From positions 128,001 to 192,000 of the IMG/VR virus record IMGVR_UViG_3300021978_000001: DNA of 64,000 bases; one strand, 5' to 3'. This document shows, piece after piece, positions 35,013-43,408 of the stretch (the stretch's first letter is position 1; every line of letters starts with the position of its first letter). The translations under genes were made by a program, and so were the position numbers. The DNA comes from a virus. Its lineage: Duplodnaviria; Caudoviricetes. Under the pieces are notes generated by a model. It had not been told where the DNA came from. It was given only the letters and a program-made list of their open reading frames with translations, and did not search any database.

Positions 35013-35585
35013 TCAGAGATTGCTGGGAGGTAGTACGAGCTTACGTCCGCCGATGTGTGCCTGGAGCTTTGCCCACAACACCCAGGCGAGACCGTCCACG
35101 CATGCCATGAGCATATCACACCACACCGAGCGTGCATAAGGCTCGAAGGGGCCGCCATCTCCCGGGGGCTCCTCCGAGGACATGCCCGTGACATCGACCG
35201 CATACAGGAACACCTTACCTTCGAGCACTTTCGAGACGCGGACGTAACCCAGAGGGATCATATCCTGGTCATCGACCTGGTACCCCGCCTCTTCGTACAG
35301 CTCACGCACCGCAGCCTTAAAGGGGCTCTCCCCTGCATCGACCATCCCTGTCAATGAGGAGAGCACGCGTTCGTGTGGGTCCAGGGACTCCGTGAGCCAT
35401 GGCGGGGTGATTTCCTCACGCAAGAGCACACGAATCGTCCCATCACCCTGGCGCTGAAACGGCAAGACCGCGATCGACGCGCCCGACCCATCAAGGACCG
35501 AGGTGTATTTGGCTTCCTCGCCTCCAGGCAAGGTCACATCGAGTTCGCGCACATGCAGCCATCTGTTCTTGAAAAGCGTCTTCAT
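35013..35585 (-). CDS. Nudix hydrolase (ADP-ribose pyrophosphatase-like)
   Basis: Nudix box GMVDAGESPFKAAVRELYEEAGY. Confidence 0.9.
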   Translation of the reverse strand: MKTLFKNRWLHVRELDVTLPGGEEAKYTSVLDGSGASIAVLPFQRQGDGTIRVLLREEITPPWLTESLDPHERVLSSLTGMVDAGESPFKAAVRELYEEAGYQVDDQDMIPLGYVRVSKVLEGKVFLYAVDVTGMSSEEPPGDGGPFEPYARSVWCDMLMACVDGLAWVLWAKLQAHIGGRKLVLPPSNL

Positions 35586-36622
35586 TCCTTCCTCTTGTTT
35601 GCATACTGCCCCCAGGTAAACGTGACCGTAGCCTCCACTGCGTGGTGGTCACTCAAATAAGGGACACCTGTTACCGGCTCAGAGTAAGACAAATGACGAA
35701 CTGCGTCAAGCTGCCAGGAAGGTAAGGAGCGCACAAAGATGTAATCCAGGCGTTCCGCGAGATACAAGGTTGTGTTGGGGGAGTGCTCGCACCAGATCGT
35801 CGTGTCGCAGTTTAGAGTGTTGCGAGGATCAGAAGAACGCAGACCCGCGTCCCAATACCCAGGCAAAACACGCGCGAGGGTTCGGTACTCGCGTGCATCG
35901 AGACGCATCCCATCCACGTTGGTATCTCCACCAAAGATCACGGGCGCCTGTGGAGGAAAAGAAGTCAGCAACCCTTCGAGCTGTTCGAGCTGGCGCGCGC
36001 GTGCCCGCTCGTTAGCCGCGCCCCGACCTGAGTCCATATGCGTGTTCACGACCCACACGAAGCCCTGGGGCGTGTTGAGCTTGAGCCACAGCAACCCCTT
36101 GTTCGCGAGGCAGTCCACGCGCGCGCACGCATCAAACTCGATCACCCCCCAATCGACGATGGGGTGACGACTGAACACAGAAAGACCTCCGTTGATCCGC
36201 CAGGAGGTTCTGGGAGGCATACTGACGCGCTGGTAAGGGTGCGTATGGCGTAGCCCCTCTCCGAGCTGTGCGGCAATCGTGGGATCGAAAGTCTCCGAGA
36301 GCATCACCACATCCACGCCACGCCGCTGCACCTGTTCTACTAGCACACGCGCTCGCGCGCTTGCATGAGAGCCCCAGTGCGCGGGCGCGGGAAGAAAGAA
36401 GCTATTGAGCACGAACACTTTGAGCTTGCGTCGCTCGAAGGGCTCCACAGCAAAACGCCCCGGCTCACCAAAAGAAAGCCGGGGCGCGCTGTGACTGTGC
36501 AACCACATTTGCCATGTCCCTACGAGGACGACGCAGAGGCAGAGCAGGAAAAGCAGGAAAGCGAGAGCACGTTTCATGATGATGTGGGGGCAAGAGGTGG
36601 ACAAACTCTCCAACGCACCCAC
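35582..36622 (-). CDS. membrane-anchored EEP-family phosphodiesterase (sphingomyelinase C-like)
   Basis: N-terminal TM; SETFD, GGL..FSRHPI, DCLANKG, NTHMD, GGDTN, LDYIF, SDH. Confidence 0.85.
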   Translation of the reverse strand: MGALESLSTSCPHIIMKRALAFLLFLLCLCVVLVGTWQMWLHSHSAPRLSFGEPGRFAVEPFERRKLKVFVLNSFFLPAPAHWGSHASARARVLVEQVQRRGVDVVMLSETFDPTIAAQLGEGLRHTHPYQRVSMPPRTSWRINGGLSVFSRHPIVDWGVIEFDACARVDCLANKGLLWLKLNTPQGFVWVVNTHMDSGRGAANERARARQLEQLEGLLTSFPPQAPVIFGGDTNVDGMRLDAREYRTLARVLPGYWDAGLRSSDPRNTLNCDTTIWCEHSPNTTLYLAERLDYIFVRSLPSWQLDAVRHLSYSEPVTGVPYLSDHHAVEATVTFTWGQYANKRKE

Positions 36623-36634
36623 GCCACAAACACA

Positions 36635-37765
36635 TTACAGGGTGAGCATCATACCTTTTCGCCCCGTGATGCTCAACGCATACACACGATAACCTGCCAC
36701 GGAGTCTGTGGTCAGGTCGAAGCATTCACTCGCAAACTTGACCTCTTCTCTGTAATAGTTCTTCTCGGTGAACGTCCTGTAAGTGAAACAGGATGCACCT
36801 TCCTCGGGGGTTTCGATCCCCATCATGTACAGGGTAAGACCCCCCGTGGTGTTTAGCAACCACCACTTCCCCGCATACGCTACCAGGTAGTGCCTCTGCT
36901 CGGGAGTACCATCGACCTTCCACCGAAGCCATTCCTCTCTCGGGATCAAATCCCAATGCAAGACCAGATCTTGTAGAGGCTGCTTATCGAGCATGAAACG
37001 CTGGATAGTGCGCATACTGCGCTCTTCACGATAAGTGTGGTAGGGTGCCTCATTTACGAGGGCCAGCGCCTCCTCATCCGTGAGTAGGGGGTCCGCTTCC
37101 TCGATGCGTCCGCTCACATGAAGCGACGACGACACAGAGTAGATCACGCGGTCACCCCCGCGTTCTTTAGAGACCACATAACGGCGCTTGTCCCAGCAGA
37201 CAGACCAATCCAGGTCATCCTCGTTCACGCGTTTGAAGCGATGCTTTGCTGTTGTCTCGCGCACATAAAACCCCCCGTAGTACGTGACCTCGGAGCCGTC
37301 TTTCAACTGGACGAGATCCCCCCGGTTCAATTCACGCAAGCCTACACGAGTCAAGCGACGTTCCGTGGCCTTGAGCGCGCGCTTATACAGGTCAGACCCC
37401 TCGACCGCCAGGTAGTTGTTGCCATCACCGCCACGAAGCCAGATACACCGCTCCTGGATCATACCCTGGACCACGGTGCAGTGGGTAAGGATGTGATTGA
37501 CCACAGAAGGGTCAACACTTTGCCAGAATCCTCGGGGGTCCTTGACCGAAGCAGCGCGCAACTCGAACCCTGAGACCAACTCGTTATCCAAGATGAACGC
37601 CTCGTCCTGGTTTGCCCACCGATCAGCGGTCGCCTTCGTGCTGGCGAAGTTGGGGACCTCCTTGTGCTCGCCCTCCTGGTAGGGGACGGCATAACCCCAA
37701 CACCCCGCCGAATTATGTTCCTTGAACTTCACGTAATACGTTTTGGGTATGTAATGCATGTTCAC
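36635..37765 (-). CDS. hypothetical phage protein, paralog A
   Basis: Shares IPKTYYV, TERRLTRV.LRELNRGD, LHVSGRIEEADP blocks with the next gene. Confidence 0.8.
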   Translation of the reverse strand: MNMHYIPKTYYVKFKEHNSAGCWGYAVPYQEGEHKEVPNFASTKATADRWANQDEAFILDNELVSGFELRAASVKDPRGFWQSVDPSVVNHILTHCTVVQGMIQERCIWLRGGDGNNYLAVEGSDLYKRALKATERRLTRVGLRELNRGDLVQLKDGSEVTYYGGFYVRETTAKHRFKRVNEDDLDWSVCWDKRRYVVSKERGGDRVIYSVSSSLHVSGRIEEADPLLTDEEALALVNEAPYHTYREERSMRTIQRFMLDKQPLQDLVLHWDLIPREEWLRWKVDGTPEQRHYLVAYAGKWWLLNTTGGLTLYMMGIETPEEGASCFTYRTFTEKNYYREEVKFASECFDLTTDSVAGYRVYALSITGRKGMMLTL

Positions 37766-38979
37766 CTGTAGTTAGAAGCGACGCGCAACATGGCGCCCTT
37801 GCGTCCCTTGAAACGTACTCGATAGAACGTCAGTTTTCCAGGGTCCTGCACGACTTGACGCCATGAAATGTCGCGCGTGGACAGCTCCATACGAGGAGAG
37901 TAGCCCCAACGGTAACCCCCCGCCCGTTCTACCAGGGTGCGGACATACTTGAAGCTGCTATGAGGCGTGGTCCTGGGGTCCTCGATCCGAACACAATGCG
38001 CGCTCATGTCTTCCCAATCACGCTCACGAAGCGTCAAGACCCACCACTTTTGTTGGCCACGATCATGCATCACCCACAGATCGGGCGCCTCGGGCAAGTC
38101 CGAAAAATCTCCAAACTCTTCTGCGAGATCGAGAGGTTCGAGGACCTTTTCGAGTTGATCCCAGGTGTTCTTGACCAGAGTATACACATCGCGACCTTTG
38201 GGGTCCCAGGCATACCTCTCCGCAGGGAGCGCGAGCACTTCTCGGACCGCTGCGAGCGCTTCCTCGTCAGTGAGCGCGGGATCGGCCTCTTCGATACGTC
38301 CGCTCACATGCAGGGTCGAAATCTCACTCACACGACGCTCTGGAGGTACGTTCCCGTCTGCATCGAGGACGACCTCATACACGTAGCGACGCTTGGCCCA
38401 TTCGTAAGCATGAAGATCGTTGTTATCCGAAGGCGTGGTCGAATCAAAACGGTAGAAGCCCCCATAGTAGATAACCTCTGCACCCTCCTTGAGAAGCACT
38501 CTGTCGCCCCTGTTCAGCTCTCGCAGGCTCACGCGGGTCAGACGTCGCTCCGTGTAAGAGAGCGCCTCCTCGTACTCAGGAGAGCCTTCTGAGATGAGGT
38601 AGTTCTGACCATCATCCCCACGCGCCCATAAACAACGCTCCTGAATCACACCCTTGTCGATGCAGCACTGAGCCAAAAGTGTGGCGAGGTTGTGACTGGG
38701 CACCTCCAGCTCGAACCCTCGCGGGTCCGTGATGCGCCACACTTTGTTGGAGGTTCGCCACCGGGAGATCACATCTCCAATGCTGTAGCCAGACGCGAGT
38801 TCATTATCGAGAATGAAACCCTCCTCAGACGTGCTCCAATGCTCCAACGTGCTGCGTGTGGTCTGGAAGTTCTTGGCTTCCTTGTGCTCGCTATCCTGGT
38901 AGGGGATCGCAAACCCCAGGACAGTATCACCGCGCTCCTGGAACCTCACATAATAAGTTTTCGGGATATGCAACTTCAT
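37762..38979 (-). CDS. hypothetical phage protein, paralog B
   Basis: As above; WRITDPRGFELEV. Confidence 0.8.
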   Translation of the reverse strand: MKLHIPKTYYVRFQERGDTVLGFAIPYQDSEHKEAKNFQTTRSTLEHWSTSEEGFILDNELASGYSIGDVISRWRTSNKVWRITDPRGFELEVPSHNLATLLAQCCIDKGVIQERCLWARGDDGQNYLISEGSPEYEEALSYTERRLTRVSLRELNRGDRVLLKEGAEVIYYGGFYRFDSTTPSDNNDLHAYEWAKRRYVYEVVLDADGNVPPERRVSEISTLHVSGRIEEADPALTDEEALAAVREVLALPAERYAWDPKGRDVYTLVKNTWDQLEKVLEPLDLAEEFGDFSDLPEAPDLWVMHDRGQQKWWVLTLRERDWEDMSAHCVRIEDPRTTPHSSFKYVRTLVERAGGYRWGYSPRMELSTRDISWRQVVQDPGKLTFYRVRFKGRKGAMLRVASNYR

Positions 38980-39009
38980 GACAGTACCTCTTATACTCGT
39001 GGCTCAGGC

Positions 39010-39921
39010 TCAAACTTCAAACAGTTCGTTGCCCTGACGCTTCTTGTTATCCTTGACGATTTGAGCGAAGCGAATAGCCTGCAAGGGGTACAAGATCTCC
39101 TCTCCTGATTCGATCGCCTCCTCGTACCACGCTCGATGCATATCGACCGCTCGATCGACGTCACCCCCATCCACCAACGCATGCATCTCTTGCATGTGCT
39201 CCTCGACCTCGCGCCAACACTCCGACCAGATGTTGAACCACTGAACGTTCTGCTCCGCGTAGTATTTGATTTGCAAACCACACAGGTCGAAGGGAGAAGG
39301 CGCCTTCATGGTCTGGACACGATTCGCGAGCAAGAAAAGGAAGACCTGATCGCGGCGCTGGATATGCCGAGTATCACGTCCCAAGTTGAACGAGGTATCA
39401 TGCATCTGAATATCAGGACGTTCGAGCAGCGTCATGATCTCATAATTCGGCACGGTCGTTCCGTCCTCTTGACGGCGCAGGTACCGATCGACCCAGATGT
39501 CAAAGGGGAAGGACTGCGTGCGCAGTTCAGGGAACACGAAGTACACGAAAGATTCCGAGTGTAGAGAGGCGAGCGTCTCGTTCTCCGTCATCTTGCGGAA
39601 CCAGGTCGCAGACGACACCTTCGCATCATACTTCATCGTGGCGGCATGCCAGAACTCGTGCAGATAATACAGATCGTGGATGACGGGGTTATCGTAGCTC
39701 TCCTCTCGGAGCGCGATACCGCCCATCCATGTCGTGAAGTGGCTCCACTCGACCTCGGGTGCGCTCATCTCGAACACAGCCAGGGGATACTTGGCGAGCT
39801 TCTGGATCAGGTGGTAGATATACCCCTTCTTGCTCTGTGAATCCCGGAACGTCTCCGTCTTCCATAACCCCAACACCCATTCCTCGACCTCGGAGGGCGC
39901 GAGCACCTTTACGTTTTGCAT
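39010..39921 (-). CDS. putative zincin-like metalloprotein
   Basis: HEFWH followed by ENE about 20 aa later. Confidence 0.6.
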   Translation of the reverse strand: MQNVKVLAPSEVEEWVLGLWKTETFRDSQSKKGYIYHLIQKLAKYPLAVFEMSAPEVEWSHFTTWMGGIALREESYDNPVIHDLYYLHEFWHAATMKYDAKVSSATWFRKMTENETLASLHSESFVYFVFPELRTQSFPFDIWVDRYLRRQEDGTTVPNYEIMTLLERPDIQMHDTSFNLGRDTRHIQRRDQVFLFLLANRVQTMKAPSPFDLCGLQIKYYAEQNVQWFNIWSECWREVEEHMQEMHALVDGGDVDRAVDMHRAWYEEAIESGEEILYPLQAIRFAQIVKDNKKRQGNELFEV

Positions 39922-39956
39922 GAACTACCTCTACTCTCTTGACTCATACCGTGGAA

Positions 39957-39985
39957 TCTATACCATAAACTACAGGAAGCGTCAA
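39957..39985 (-). promoter_or_regulatory. sigma70-like promoter
   Basis: TTGACG-N17-TATAGA, TGG. Confidence 0.5.
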
Positions 39986-39990
39986 GCTCT

Positions 39991-40197
39991 TTAGTCTTTA
40001 CTCGACGCGACGATCGTCCCCGTCACCTCGACCACCACAGGAACTCCCTTGTACTGCTCAGGGAACATATCGAGAAGAGCAGCACTCTCCACGTAAACCC
40101 GCAGGGTATCCTCCCCGAGCCCAAAACCGACCACACCAGGTTGCTGTAAGTCTACCTTGGCTTGTTTCTTGACGGCGCGTAATTCGTCTCGTGTCAT
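39991..40197 (-). CDS. small protein resembling a protease N-terminal pro-domain
   Basis: PGVVGFG..LRVYV..FPEQYKGVPVVVEVTG.I.A. Confidence 0.55.
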   Translation of the reverse strand: MTRDELRAVKKQAKVDLQQPGVVGFGLGEDTLRVYVESAALLDMFPEQYKGVPVVVEVTGTIVASSKD

Positions 40198-40221
40198 GTG
40201 TAGTACCTCTCAGTCCTGTTC

Positions 40222-40440
40222 TCAGTCCAGCGAAAACGGCCAGGGGTGATAATTCGCCATCCAGTCCGCATACGCTGCGTTCGTTTCCTCTTCCCTGGCC
40301 TGCGTGTAACGCGTAGCCTCCAGATCACGGTCTGTGATCGTATCGGGCACCTCGCCCTCACCCTCACATGTCGCGCAGGGGTCTTCGATCGTAACCAGAA
40401 GCAAGATGTGTCCTTTCCCTTTGCAATCAGGGCATATCAT
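40222..40440 (-). CDS. small DnaJ-type zinc-finger protein
   Basis: CPDCKGKG...CATCEGEG. Confidence 0.7.
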   Translation of the reverse strand: MICPDCKGKGHILLLVTIEDPCATCEGEGEVPDTITDRDLEATRYTQAREEETNAAYADWMANYHPWPFSLD

Positions 40441-41509
40441 AGAGTCCTCGTTTCCGAGCCTCCTCATCCATAAGCTGTGTCAAGCAGTAACGCGCGATCC
40501 CTTTCGTGCGTTGGTAAGACGAGCAGTACACCGGGTTCCGGGCATGGGGAAGTTGGTTCGCGAGCAAGAATACATCTGCACAATGGAAAGACAGATTATT
40601 CGGTATACCCTGGTGCAGCGTGGACGTCACTGTTTGTTGCAACTCACGATAGCGATCCGGCAACTCGAATACGCCATGAGCGGACATGAGCTGCTGACCC
40701 AGATACAACGAACGCAAGTTCTTGAACCACCGATTGCCCCAGAGACCTGGCATCGGACGCGAGGAGAACACCCCACCAATGCGGTGGTAGTACACCCCGA
40801 ACACCTTGGAGAGCGAGAAAAAGATCATGTCCACGTCTTCTGGGACCGTGCGCGCCGCGAGGAAAGGCAGGGTTCCCGAAGACACGCAACCTACATAACA
40901 CAGATCCAAGCGAAGACGCATCGGGTGACGAGACAGGTAGGCGACGAAATCATCGAACTCACCCCACCACTCTCCATCAATGCTCGACGGTTGTGACAGG
41001 TAGAACACATGCCCAGCTCCGAGGTCCCCTTCATAGGGCTTGAGAGACTCTCGCCACTGTGCGCGATCATGTTTGATCACACGCAAGCCCATGGGACGCC
41101 CCAACGCCTCGTAGCCCTCATACTCGCCCTCGAAGATGTGGATGGTAGGAGGACCCACCGTCAAGCTGTAGGATGAGATCTGAGCCAGCTCGTGCAAGGA
41201 CTCACGGATCGCTTCGCTCGATCCTGCGGTGGGATAGAAGTGCCAGGGGGTCGTGGGTACCGTCAAGTCACATTCGAGCAAGGACATGGGCAAGTTGATC
41301 GCGGGTGAAACCCACTCACGCCATTGTTCAGCAAAGGCGTAGTGCACCGGGTCCTGTCTTTTGGTCCAGGCGGCGCGCTCCAACTCCCGCATGGCGGTTT
41401 GGTGCTCGGGACTTGTCGCAAGCTCAGTCAAGAGCCTCTCGGTCTCGGGCATCACCCAGGAGTACACGGTGGTCGAGGTTTTGGAAATGGGCGGGGTGGT
41501 CTCTGACAT
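40427..41509 (-). CDS. PLP-dependent fold-type-I (aminotransferase class I/II-like) enzyme
   Basis: TAGSSEAI, SQPSSIDG, DLCY, FSLSKVFG..RIG. Confidence 0.75.
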   Translation of the reverse strand: MSETTPPISKTSTTVYSWVMPETERLLTELATSPEHQTAMRELERAAWTKRQDPVHYAFAEQWREWVSPAINLPMSLLECDLTVPTTPWHFYPTAGSSEAIRESLHELAQISSYSLTVGPPTIHIFEGEYEGYEALGRPMGLRVIKHDRAQWRESLKPYEGDLGAGHVFYLSQPSSIDGEWWGEFDDFVAYLSRHPMRLRLDLCYVGCVSSGTLPFLAARTVPEDVDMIFFSLSKVFGVYYHRIGGVFSSRPMPGLWGNRWFKNLRSLYLGQQLMSAHGVFELPDRYRELQQTVTSTLHQGIPNNLSFHCADVFLLANQLPHARNPVYCSSYQRTKGIARYCLTQLMDEEARKRGLYDMP

Positions 41510-41853
41510 AACTTCCTCATTTTCAAGGGGGGTGTTAACCCCGGGCACGTTCGTACAGGTAGAACAGAAGCGCGCTACAACTCACCGCGCTGATACGGTA
41601 AAGGGTGGCCAGGGGTTCTCCGCTGTACAGCTCGTAACCCCCAATGAGAAAAATGGCACATGCCAGAATCCCCAAGCCCCGCGACATCTTGACTGTGTTC
41701 CCTGAAATCATTGCACGTCTCTTCTGTGATAGAATGGTTACCTTAACTGCTGTCTCACGTCAAGCACCTAAGCGTAGGGTACCCCCATCACCAAAATCTA
41801 TCAATACTTCATTTGTGTTTGACGTGGTAAGAGCTTCCCGGAGTGAGACAGGT

Positions 41854-42474
41854 ATGGACCTCGACAGCTTGACATACGGTGCGCTTGATCGGAAGCAGCT
41901 CGAACTGCTCAAGAAACCCACACACTTTTTTACCTGTGATGTGGGTGATCTTCCTTTGGTCAAGCCCATGCGCAACAGCGACCCCAGGGTAGCGCAGGAG
42001 ATCCGTTTCCTTATGCACCTCATGGAACGCGCGCCCCTGGCCGAACACTTCATCGAGATGGCAGACCGTGATCTGCTCCAACCATTCGAGCAGCGCTTGC
42101 AACAGATTGGAGCCCCGAAGCCTGTGTGGCTGGCGCCGTTGGTCAAGCAAGTCTCGACGTATGTCCTGTATCTCAAGGATCACTACCAGCGTCCTCGACC
42201 CAACCAGCTCGCGCCGCACCTGGGGCTCGAACTTCACCCTTATCCCACGATCACGGGGCACTCCCCCGCGTACCCCTCGGGACATTCAGCACAGGCTATC
42301 GTGGTGGGGCTCGCGTTGCGTCAAACCTTTGGCAAGCACGGGTTCATGGCGATTGCAAAGGGCATCTCACTGTCCAGGCTTCAGCTCGGGGTACACTACC
42401 CATCCGACAAGAAGTATGGGGAGTATCTCGGGTACTGGCTCTTCCAACGCTGTCAGATTGCGTTCAAGCCTTGA
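41854..42474 (+). CDS. PAP2 / acid phosphatase-haloperoxidase superfamily protein (ORF open from 41644)
   Basis: K...QRPRP, PAYPSGHS, SRLQLGVHYPSD. Confidence 0.88.
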   Translation: MDLDSLTYGALDRKQLELLKKPTHFFTCDVGDLPLVKPMRNSDPRVAQEIRFLMHLMERAPLAEHFIEMADRDLLQPFEQRLQQIGAPKPVWLAPLVKQVSTYVLYLKDHYQRPRPNQLAPHLGLELHPYPTITGHSPAYPSGHSAQAIVVGLALRQTFGKHGFMAIAKGISLSRLQLGVHYPSDKKYGEYLGYWLFQRCQIAFKP

Positions 42475-42490
42475 ATACCTTCGAGTACCC

Positions 42491-43183
42491 TCACAGGTAG
42501 TTGGTCGGATCTTCCCACCACAAGCGATCGTACTCCTCATCTTCGTCAATCGAAACGCGGTCACGTTCGCTAATCTTGGCTGCGAACTCGGCCAAGATGA
42601 CCATCATCTCTTCTTCTCCCCTGGAGAAGCTATGCTCTTCAGCATCGGAGAGGCTCTGGTCTTCGTCCTCCTCTCCGGGACCCTCCAACAAGGATTGAGG
42701 CTCGAACTCCTCATCCCACACCAACGAGAGCACAAGTTTCTGCTCTCGCGCATGTCCATCAAGGTAACGAGCCAGCTCACGCAAGCCTTCATCAATATCC
42801 CGCTCCAGAAGCGGGAAGTGGTCACGCACACCCTTCACGTAACGTGCAAGGCGTACTTTCCACACGCGAAGCGCCAACACGCGCAGCTTCGCGTCGTCAC
42901 TACCAGGTAAGGGGACATCGGGTCCCAGATCCCGAACCACATCCAACTGCGTGGGTACCCAGGTCAAATAGTGCTCGAAGATACGTGTGGCGCGCGCCTC
43001 CAACTCGAAACCGCGTTCCAGGTGCGAGGGTGGAAAATGATTGCGCAAGAGGCGACGCACATCCTCCCACGCATACCGCATCTGCGTCCCATAAGCCTTC
43101 GCGTTCACACCCTCATCGCGGCTCTTGAGAGATACCACCCAGAGGAGAAGCGATAGCACGACCAATAGGATAACAAAACTCAT
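42491..43183 (-). CDS. membrane-anchored hypothetical protein
   Basis: N-terminal TM, acidic C-terminus. Confidence 0.7.
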   Translation of the reverse strand: MSFVILLVVLSLLLWVVSLKSRDEGVNAKAYGTQMRYAWEDVRRLLRNHFPPSHLERGFELEARATRIFEHYLTWVPTQLDVVRDLGPDVPLPGSDDAKLRVLALRVWKVRLARYVKGVRDHFPLLERDIDEGLRELARYLDGHAREQKLVLSLVWDEEFEPQSLLEGPGEEDEDQSLSDAEEHSFSRGEEEMMVILAEFAAKISERDRVSIDEDEEYDRLWWEDPTNYL

Positions 43184-43371
43184 GGTTCCACCTCCCCGTC
43201 ACAACCATCATGAGGTAACATGGGCTTGATATGACGAGACAAAAAAAGAGCGCGACGAAGATCCCAGAACCCCACCCGCCCGTAAGTCAGTGCCCAACCC
43301 ACTGCCGATAACGAAAGAAAGGCATAAAGTGGACCGGCAATCCATACAAGGGCTGCGGTTTCCGTGACCAT
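43180..43371 (-). CDS. small membrane protein
   Basis: TM helix, coupled overlap. Confidence 0.55.
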   Translation of the reverse strand: MVTETAALVWIAGPLYAFLSLSAVGWALTYGRVGFWDLRRALFLSRHIKPMLPHDGCDGEVEP

Positions 43372-43408
43372 CGCGCGCTCCTAGAGTACGCTCCTGTGTA
43401 AGTGAGAC

